A DNA stretch of 58,861 bases, filler included, from Dirinaria sp. TL-2023a (lineage: Eukaryota): NCBI GenBank assembly GCA_051941275.1. It is 4 parts of 4 records of this genome, joined end to end, with 100 filler letters (N's around TTAATTAATTAA, not from the genome) between each part and the next. Parts side by side here need not be neighbours in the genome. Positions count along the whole stretch, not along the records: positions 44,258 to 58,861 come from JAVEBF010000594.1; 3 more parts are not named here. One strand, written 5' to 3'. The notes beneath the pieces are model-generated. The model was not told where the DNA came from. It did not search any database and saw nothing but the letters and a program-made list of their open reading frames with translations. Shown here piece by piece: positions 49,555 to 58,861 of this stretch. Each line of letters starts with the position of its first letter. Position 1 is the stretch's first letter. Made by a program: the position numbers and the translations under genes.

Positions 49555-52202
49555 ATGCCTTCCAGGCCTTCCAACAGTTCAACATCGGCGCGAACCCATA
49601 TCAATGATATTCGACCTGTGCAGACATCGCCAACTCTACAGCCATTCTCTGGTTCCTCCTCGCACGGGTCTGCAAATGCTTATGGACCCAGTGGCTATCC
49701 CGCTTTCACCTCCCAGCAAGACTCCGAGAATAGCGCATCCACTACCCTAGAAAACTCCACAACAGCATCAGCCAGGGAACGGCTCGTCGGTAACTATCAT
49801 CAGCTCTGCGGTGCTACTGGGTGTAATGGAAAGGGGAGCGGAGAATGCGAGCATGGGGCACTCTCTCCACATGCGCCAAGCCCGCACAGGGAATGGGACA
49901 ATCCAATAGACAGGGCAATGGGTAACTACAACGGCAAATCCTATCCCGGCGGAGGAGACCTCATACACGGCGCGTTAGGTGACAGTCTGGCGAATGATTC
50001 GTCAATGCGGCGGAGGGGCAACGACAGTAGCGACAACCGGGGTGTGAGCAAAATAGGTCCTGCAGAGTGGCTTGCGAGGCCGTATGCTGTAAAAGGAAGC
50101 AGAAAGATGTATGTACAGTTGAGAACCTTTCCACATGGAGCTTTGCCCTACAATACTTTTTGGGTGTATGCCGGGCCCCTGGAGCGCGAGCTAATCCGCG
50201 TGCTATCAGGTATTTCATATACTATTTCCCATTCATGCAATGGACTGCCCAATACAAATGGTCATACTTACGTGGCGACGCGATCGCTGCACTTACCATG
50301 GCATCATTTTACCTGCCAATGTCCCTTTCCTTGGCCTCCAATCTCGGACACATTCCGCCAATCAATGGTTTATATTCATACGTTTTCAACCCAATCATCT
50401 ATGCGCTCCTGGGGAGCTGTCCTCAGTTAGTTGTTGGTCCAGAAGCTGCAGGATCACTGCTAGTCGGACAAATGGTAAAAATACGTGTTGACAAGGGAAC
50501 CATAGGCGACGAAGACCAAATGATGAATGCGCGAGTTGCCGGTGTGGTCACTGGTATGGCTGGCGCTGTGATCTTCATTGCTGGCTTGACCCGCCTAGGA
50601 TTCTTGGACAGCGTTCTTTCCAGGCCTTTCTTGAGAGGGTTTATAAGCGCTGTTGGATTTGTCATACTGGTCGACCAGCTAATTCCTGAGCTGGGACTTT
50701 CGCGGATAGTAAAGCATGTCGGCTCAGTAGCTCATGGTAGCAGCATAGACAAGATCATTTTCCTATCCGAAAATTTGCGAGACGTTCACGGCCTGACTGC
50801 TAGCGTTTCTTTTGCTAGCTTTGCAATAATAATGGTTTGCAGGTACGAGTAAAATCCCTGCATACTCACCCTTCGTGTTTAACTTTGTTGGTGCTACTTA
50901 TAGGGAGGTCAAAAAGCGGCTACAGCCGCGCTACCCTACTGTGGCCTATCTCCCGGATCGTTTCATCGTCGTCATCCTCTCAGCCCTTTTTACCTGGAAA
51001 TTCGGCTGGCACAAGCAAGGCCTCGAGATTCTTGGTGACGTTCGTTCTAGCACCGGATCTCCTTTTCCTGCCCATTTCCCCTTTGTCCCGTCTCATATGG
51101 GACATGTAAGGGAGGCCATGAGCACCTCATTCTTGATTGGTCTTTTAGGCTTTTTCGAATCATCCGTGGCCGCCAAAAGTTTAGGAGGCGGGGAAGGAAA
51201 GAATAGAGACGGACTCCAAGGAATGGCGTTGAGTGCCAATCGTGAGCTCGTGGCTCTCGGCGTTGCGAACATCGTTGGTGGATGTTTCATGGCTTTACCC
51301 GCATTCGGTGGCTATGGTAGGAGTAAGGTGAATGCGTCTACTGGTGGCCGTACGCCCATGAGTAGCATATTCCTTAGCCTCATCACCATTATTTCTATCC
51401 TCTTCCTCTTGCCGTATTTCCACTACCTTCCCGTGAGTTGTCTCGGCCAAAGCCCTCAAAATCACAAGCTGACGCACGCCAGAAAGCGGTTCTGTCATCA
51501 ATGATATCCGTTGTGGCATACTCACTAGTTGAAGAAGCCCCCCATGATATCAAATTCTTTGTTCATATTCGCGGCTGGCCCGAGCTAATGCTCATGTTCC
51601 TCATTTTTGCTGCTACCATTTTCTACTCACTTACCCTTGGTATTGCACTCGGTGTCGGGCTCTCTCTTCTCTCGGTGATTAGGCATGCCACGAAACCGAG
51701 AATACAGATCCTAGGCAAAGTTCCCGGCACCGACGGGCAATTTGAAAATGCGGAAGCGAATCCTGAGGCATTGGAATTTATCGAGGGTTGCTTAATAGTC
51801 AAGATACCAGAACCTCTCACATTTGCTAATACTGGGGATCTCAAAAGCCGATTACGCAGATTAGAATTATACGGCACTACCACCGCACATCCAGCCCTCC
51901 CCAGGGTTCGCGACCCAGAACATAACCAGAACATCATCTTCGATGTTCATGGTGTAACAGGATTGGACGGATCCGGAACACAGGTCTTGGCCGAAATAGT
52001 GGATAGCTATATTAGCAGAGGTGCTCGTGTATTCTTTTGTCGGGTGCCAAAGGAGACCAGCCCGGTCTTTGGTATGTTTGTAAGAAGTGGCATCGTCGGC
52101 AGATGTGGAGGGATGCGGCATTTCGTCCGAAGTGTGGATGAAGCTCTTAGGATGACTGAGCTCGAAAGCCTCTCGGAGTCCTACAGGGATGAGCCAGAGT
52201 AG
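49555..52202 (+). CDS. SulP/SLC26 anion (sulfate-type) transporter with STAS domain
   Basis: 'GDAIAALTMASFYLPMSLS', 'GLYS', 'VVGPEAAGSL', 'NRELVALGVAN', 'PAFGGYGRSK' and STAS 'IPEPLTFAN...FDVHGVTGLDGSG'; 3 introns. Confidence 0.92.
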
Positions 52203-52629
52203 AGCGGAAGCTCAGGCCATGTGAAAACAACGATCTTTGACATCTTCACCAATGCTTTCACTGGGTATATCTCCAAGTCTTATTGACCCTGTAGACGAAA
52301 CAGGGGATCTCAGAGATACGTGTCTGAGTCTACCAAGTACTTCGCTCTACCTGCATTGGCGTGTAGACCCACAAGCGTCCTTTCCCTTCTTATCTTACCT
52401 TACCTACATCCTTACCTTACCTGTGTTACATTAACGAACGCTACCTGAGTACCTTAGGTACCATAGGTACCTTACATAATCTAAATTTCTTAAAATCTCT
52501 CTGATCACGGTACAACAACATACAGGGAAAATCAAGAAGTCGGTCTGCTCTGCCGGCAGCAGTTATATTTTTAGCGTCTCGGATTGTGTTCTAGTTTCTC
52601 GTATACATCCTGACTTACAGCCTCTCAAC

Positions 52630-54404
52630 ATGCGTTTCCTCTATCTTCCAATTCTTACCATAGCGCATCTTGTGAACAATACGTGCGCGAAGGCTACTGC
52701 GCAGAGTATTCTAACTTCGCTGGATTCAGCATCAGTCCTACACTTCACGCTCAGCCGCCGTGGAGGGGCCTTCTCTACTACACAGCCGGAGCATGATTGG
52801 GTAAACCTCACCTATATGGTTCAGCAGCTGGAGCGGACAGAGTGCAGATACAGTCTTACCAAGCGTGAGGCCAAAGGCAATAAGCTTGTACGGAAGGCCA
52901 AAGCAGACGAGACTGGAGGGAAGGAGCCTGGTTCCTTGATGGGAGATATCGCGGCCAATGGAACTTGGTAGGGCAGCCTCGATAGCAGCATGGTTACAAG
53001 TACCTGACGAGCACTCCTAATAGGTTCGCTAACATAAAAATCGGCGACCCTCCACAAGAGATTGAACTAGACCTTAATATGCTTGCATCGGATTTCTATG
53101 TCATAACTACCTCGAGCAAAAAGGGGAACAAATTTGACGACTACTTCTCCAAATCCCACTGTAAGAGACCCCACAAGATAATTGCGAGACCATCAGACGC
53201 TGACACCAGCCATTTCAGCCAAATCGTTGGATCATCCATACCCTGGTTGCGGTCAGCCATCGGATCTTTTTTATCTCCCTACCATTAATCGCTCATTGCA
53301 CCTCTCCTTCGTTTATTGTCGACCACAAAAATTTACACGACGGACTCTGGGCCCATCCGGTAGTGCGCTAGGCCTCGCTCCATCCGCGCATTTAAAGCAG
53401 ACACAATCTTCATCGTTCATATCACAGTTACTAAAGAATGCTATCATTGAGCGGCCCATTTTCTCGCTGATGCTCGTCAACGGCCAACAAGGTGTATTGA
53501 GTATTGGTGGCACTGCAGCTTCAGCGGTCGATCTAGTCACCCAACAAACTAGAGATGAACTGGATCGGGTTGGAGCTTTGGAAGAAGGGAAGGTGCCGGT
53601 CATCGCTACTACCGACTTGTCAGTATCGAAAGGAAAAAGCTCGGCCCTCTGGCAACGAGGTCGATCACACGGAAGTGAGATCGGCATTAGAGAGGTGGAC
53701 TGGCGGGATGAGTGGAAGTGGAGCCATGTTCAAGGGGCTGAAGGCTGGTGGCAGATGCTGATGCAGGGGGTCTGGGTTGACGGCAGTAGAGTTTTGCAGA
53801 ATCAGGCAGCCGTCATCGATGTCAGTCTCGACTCGAATTGTCTTTCGCACTGTTAACACACTCATAGATCAACAGCCCTTTCATTCTGGCTCCTCCACAC
53901 GCCGCCAAAGCCTTCTACGCTTCCATGTCCGGCTCGCACCCTCTTCCATTTCCATACTCCAACTTCTACGCATTCCCCTGTCTCAATCCACCCGCGCTGC
54001 ATTTCGAATTCGCTGGCGCTTCCTTCCCCGCGATGCATGGTGGACGTGGCGCAGATTGGTCTGATGTTCCGGGCGGTCGATTCAGCCTCGGTAGATTAGA
54101 GAACGGTAGTGGATACTGCGTGGGCAGCGTCGTGGAGACGGCAATGGGCATAGGACAAGATAGCGATGAGCTGCTAAGTCATGTTCCAAACGAGCCCCAC
54201 ATAATAACTCCGCGAAGGAGCGTCGGAGGGAACGGCATGCGAGATGTGTGGGTTATTGGAGAGGGCTTTTTTCGAGGCGTTGGGGGTGTGTTCGATGTAC
54301 GTCGTCTCCTTCTCCTGTCACAGCAAACAAGATCTACATGATATGTACTGACCGACACCACCAAATAGCTTAGAGAGCAGCGAGTGGGCTTTCGCTCATA
54401 CTGA
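52630..54404 (+). CDS. Secreted pepsin-like (A1) aspartic-protease-fold protein with degenerate catalytic motifs
   Basis: Signal peptide; 'WFANIKIGDPPQEIELDLNMLASDF', 'LGLAPS', 'IFSLML', 'GVLSIGG', 'AVID|INSPFIL', 'WVIGEGFFRGVGGVFD|LREQRVGF'; 4 introns. Confidence 0.82.
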
Positions 54405-55114
54405 AGGTACATCATAGCGCTAGCCTCAGTTCGGGACCGAGGTATTAGGTATTCGATCAAGAGATCTCGCGCCTTTCTACACCATAATAAAATCACTTCG
54501 ACTTAAATAGTCAGGCACACGAATTGTACAAATCTATGACGTTCAAGGCACTCCCTTGATCCCATTAGAGTAGCTGGAAGGAAATGGCGTGACAGACATC
54601 ATGTATCAGACAGGACAGCTAATGGTTCTGGTTATCGACATTTTGAGAATTTTGCGTAGAGTAGCTGATGTGCACAGAGCAGATACCTTATCTGTAGTGC
54701 GCCTTCAGAAGGAAGTTTATTTTTTCCCTATCTATGTTTTATTTCTTGTAGTTTCCCCCCTCCATGGGATCTACCTCAGTAAGTACCTTACCTAGAGACC
54801 TCACATTACCTTACGAAGAATCTCAGGTACTTAACCTTACAGTACCTGAGTACGTATAGAACTACATTATTAACGACAGGACCAGCTCAGCTGCAGCATA
54901 TGACGACAGGGTTTCAGCCTAACTGAAGCGAGAATCTTGGATTCAAACCACGAATCAATATCACATCCTGTTTCTTTCACTCGACTCCCCTATCCAACAC
55001 CCTCCTCTCTCCGAAATTGAATTGTCTCTGCATCGCAGAAATCTGGAAAAATCATCATTACCACCATCACTATCAGATTCCAATTCGGCGGGTAAAATAA
55101 CTCTCAGTGTGACG

Positions 55115-56107
55115 ATGGCACCTCCGGCACATATCCCTCTAGGTCAGAGGATGATGCACCTCGCTCAGACCCTGCAGTAAGCTCATCCGTCTAGCACTTC
55201 TCACGCTGTTGGCGTAAGGTTGACCCTTGCTAGATTCGGGTGGTTCGTCGGACACTTGACGCTATTGTTCAGTTCCCTCCGTTACGCCCTATCCTATATC
55301 ACCTTCCACCCTTACTCCCGCTGGGCCCGCTTCTCCTACCGTACAGCTTTTGTCGCTGCCGCAGCAACATATGGCATCGTCGTCTACAAAGCGTTTCGTG
55401 CGCGCGCACGTTCCGGAAGTCGCCAGCAGGGCGGTGCGTTGGCCATAGCCGGCGATGAAAATGTCCAGTATCTTGGTGCGTACACAACTCCTCGTTTGTT
55501 CGGGATGAACCCACATGGAAACAGGCACATGCTGATATCAGTGCGTGATTCTGTAGGTATGGCACTGGTTTGGCTGTTTTCGCGTCAAATCCCTCTCGCC
55601 CTTCTACCCTTCATGGTTTACTCCATTTTCCATGTTGCGACGTACAGTCGTACCAATCTCTTACCCACCTTGCAACCTCCACAGCAGACGTCTAGTTCGG
55701 CCTCTCCTGGCGGTCGGCCAACCACCAAATCGTCCCCTACGGCAGACACTATTGGCCGCTTCGTTAAGGAGTATTACGATGCTAGCATGATGCTCGTTGC
55801 AACACTTGAGCTTTCACTCTGGTTCCGCATCTTGTTCTCCGCTATCATTTTGACTAAGGGCAGCTGGATCCTCCTTGTAATCTATACGGTCTTCATCCGC
55901 GCCCGCTACAGCCAAAGCAGCTTTGTTCAAGGTGCAGTCGCGCAGCTTTCAAGCAGAGTGGACGCATTCGTCGCAGGACAAAGTACACCTCCAGTTGTTC
56001 GACAAGGTTGGGACACTCTTAAAAACATGGCTAGACGAGCCACTGATCAGACCGACATCAACCGTTATGCAGGTGCTCAGCAACCAGGCATGAAGAAGGC
56101 GCAATAG
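55115..56107 (+). CDS. POM33: TMEM33/Pom33/Per33/Tts1-family ER / nuclear-pore membrane protein
   Basis: MAPPAHIPLGQRMMHLAQTLQ|FGWFVGH, 'TYGIVVYK', 'DENVQYL', 'LLPFMVYSIFHVATY'; introns about 55177-55232 and 55476-55556. Confidence 0.88.
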
Positions 56108-57061
56108 ACGCACTAGCAACAAGGTCAGAACCGTGAGAACCGTCAAGAAGTCCCTCCCGTCATTATAGAGTTTCTGCAAAGACGATGAGGGGCTTTGCAT
56201 CACTGACTGTCCACTATTGCGAAAGATCGAAATCACGGACTAATATGTGGGTGGGTTACCGCGGAAATTGAAGGGTCCCACTAGCAGCATGAAAAGCTAA
56301 TTAGTCAAGAGTACCTTGAAGGGCTTCTGCTGCAGCAGTAGTCTTTTTCCTTTCTCCTTGGCTGTCTCGTGAATTACCGTTCCCTGGCGTGCCTGGTATT
56401 TAGAACCAACTTCGGACTCTGCGAATACTGTATAATATAGCGTTATTACTTCATAAAGATACGCTCGTCACAGAAGTGAGAGATACTCCATCTATGTATC
56501 CCAAATTAGCTTCCTTGTAACTATCGAATGTGTAAAATTCTCGGCGAGATGTTTACACCCGAGGTGCGTAAACGTTATCTTTGCTGATATTCAAGACACC
56601 GGCCCCTTCCTCATTGCGCGACCGGAACTCAGGCCTGATCGTAGCCCATCACGTTCCACGGAACCAAATAATTGAGTCACTCTGTCCGCATGATCGTGAA
56701 AACGGGAGAGAACGAATCCTGCTCTACCGATCTGCCCACTTATGAGATGACAACTCCATTATTCGATCATATTAGAAGAGTCAAGGGAAATTCCATTCTG
56801 ACTAATTTCTTCGATTCCGTACTCTTCTAAAACAAGTGTATGACTTTTTTTCCATGAAAGAGAGTGACTAAACTAACTGAACAAAGGCTTGACACTATTT
56901 GATCTAATATAAGAGACAAATCAACACGAAAATCTATCAAACAAACGATACGAAAAATTGAAAACTGATTGCGAACATGTTTATTTTGAGCTCATAAAAA
57001 ATCATGTCGAATGAGAAACGAAATTTTGTAATGATTGTTCTGTGAAATGTAACAATTAATT

Positions 57062-57359
57062 TGTTACGACCCTGTGCTGGGACATACCTTATGTATGGAA
57101 TTCTGGAGCACAGGTACGTATCATGATCAAGGTCACCAGGGCTCTTGACACTTGAGCGAGCTAGCGGAGATCACGTGAGCAGATCAAGAGGATCAAGATG
57201 ATCAGGGTTTGAGCAGCTTGATACAGCTTGAGCAGATCAAGAGAATCAAGATGATCAGGGCTTGAGCAGCTTGATGTAGCTTGAGCACTTAGCGCGAGAG
57301 AATCAGTATATAGATTTTCAACACGACGTTCTTCTGACATCGTGTTCAACACCTTTACA
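57062..57359 (+). repeat. Putative 5' LTR (~298 bp) with an internal ~53-bp tandem duplication
   Basis: TG...CA ends; gagcagatcaagag.atcaagatgatcaggg.ttgagcagcttgat is duplicated at about 57177-57286; TATA-like at 57307; hairpin aacacga...tcgtgtt at 57320-57346. Confidence 0.7.
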
Positions 57360-57654
57360 ATAGTCATCTACTGCTCAGTGTAACTTGTATCTTATTGTGA
57401 TACTTACTTTATCACGTTGACACTCGTTGTTCTAAGACTTGAATCTCTTCGAACAGATCAAACTCTAGCATCTTATATTAGACACCTGAAACTCTAAATT
57501 GATAATAAAAAACGCAACAACATTGAACATCCTTAAAAATATTTGTCTCAGAACAACGTAACTCTGTTTCAAACATTATCGACTCAACAATCTCTCGCGA
57601 CTCAATCAACAATGAACGTAACGACGATGACAAGATTAAAATCAACAAATCTGA

Positions 57655-57872
57655 TATTAGGACCGGTGCAGAGCAAGTCAATGCAGGTATAGTTAACTAA
57701 GGTATTATTACTAAGGAAGGAAGAAGAAGGAAAACTAGATACAATAGGGGGTCCCGGGTATATATGCGTGTGTGCGGGTGTCGGGTAAACACCCCGATCG
57801 GGTTAGCGTATTACCCCTGAGAACCCTGGGAGGTGTTGCCCCAGGTAGTATACCAGGTGCATGCTCGTAACA
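57655..57872 (-). mobile_element. Nested solo LTR (218 bp) of a second retroelement family
   Basis: Ends read TGTTACGAGC (minus strand, from 57872) and TATTAGGACC (plus strand, 57655; mutated TGTTAG), forming imperfect terminal inverted repeats; abrupt composition change from the flanks; interrupts gag. Confidence 0.7.
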
Positions 57873-58861
57873 ATTTATATGACAAATCAGATCATTTCGC
57901 GAGAAATTGTCGAACTAAAAACGCGATGTCTAAAAAACAATTGAATGTGATATTAAAAAAAGACATATCTGACGATGAAAAAATCTGCAACGATGATATA
58001 AACTCGACAGAAAATGCAGTACTCACGTCAGAGAAAAAATACTATTTGATGAAGAATCTCACAATATTTCAACAAATTCTGAATGAGATCAGATCAGACA
58101 CAGCATCTGTCTCGACTCAAAAGATTAATACGATTATCGAACAAAAACGACAACAAGATTTCGACAATAAATTTGAATGAAATAACGACGTATTTCGAGA
58201 ACTAAAAAATCGAGAATTCGTTCAAACAAAAATTACGAATAGATTTGAGAAAATTCTAAACAGCGATGCGACTCAGAAACGAGAAATTTCGAGACAAGAC
58301 ACATTAGTGTTAAATCGAGAGAATGCGACTGTAGAATTACAGAAATGAACGACGTGCTGCGAACATCACTGCTAAATGCATCAACAAAAGAGATGCGACA
58401 ATACGATAAACAAACTACGACGCGCAGTATAGAAAAAACAATTCGAACATTCAGAAATCGCAGCAATCAGATGTTATAACAGAGAGTGCGTAACACATCA
58501 GCGAGAAAAAATCGAACACGCGAGTGTACATTGATCAGATTGTTACGACGACGCATGCATGACTCATTATGACGAGAAATACGAAATCAACTAATTTTCG
58601 CGTGAGTCAAAACAAAAGAACTCGAGAAAAAACAAAACATCTTAATAAAGAACGTATTGAGAGAGTGCAACATAACAATTCAAAAACAAATTAATGTAAC
58701 ACAGCATGTTTACATTCTCAAAACGTCAATATGAATTAACGAGAAACGATCAACGACAATGATCGATTCAGACGTAATAAAGAATTTTATGACGAAACAT
58801 TTAGCAGAGCAACATAAGTTTGTTACTCAGACGAAAAATGACGTTTACGATTTAATAACAG

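Larger units (their letters stand above)
57062..58861 (+). mobile_element. Degenerate Ty3/Gypsy LTR retrotransposon (5' LTR, gag remnant, protease remnant); truncated by window end
   Basis: LTR-like TGTTAC...TTTACA at 57062-57359; gag-like 'KIKINKSD' near 57630; mutated zinc knuckle 'LYDKSDHFARNCR' near 57875-57915; retropepsin remnant 'TMIDSDVIKNFM' near 58755-58790; AT-rich with many stops. Confidence 0.85.

Overview
Intron-rich genomic DNA from a filamentous ascomycete (Pezizomycotina). The window is not one locus. It is four contigs (14670, 14649, 14638 and 14604 bp, in descending size order) joined by identical artificial 100-bp spacers (44N-TTAATTAATTAA-44N), so gene order across the joins means nothing. 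Contig 1 holds an Sfk1/DRAM-like membrane protein, a complete carotenoid-retinal-rhodopsin cluster (carX, carRA, carB, carO) and a truncated DCAF11/WDR23. Contig 2 holds an RGT1-like Zn2Cys6 factor, ATG13, an ankyrin-RCC1-BTB protein and a truncated IND1. Contig 3 holds GHITM/BI-1, SLX4, a Tim17-like protein, VMA10, a large secreted WSC + Thr-repeat + 6xPAN + 3xhevein protein and a truncated lipase. Contig 4 holds UPF2, a SulP/STAS transporter, a degenerate aspartic protease, POM33/TMEM33 and a decayed Gypsy LTR retrotransposon. The most striking observations are: (1) about 1 kb of the retrotransposon has no CC or GG dinucleotides, pointing to CpC>TpC hypermutation unlike canonical CpA RIP, right next to a nested solo LTR that looks classically RIPped; (2) a lipase whose catalytic motif needs a 10-nt and a 2-nt micro-exon; (3) the modular lectin/adhesin with triplicated exon+intron units; (4) recurrent TACCTTA/TAAGGTA clusters in intergenic regions. 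All product calls come from motif recognition; no database searches were run.
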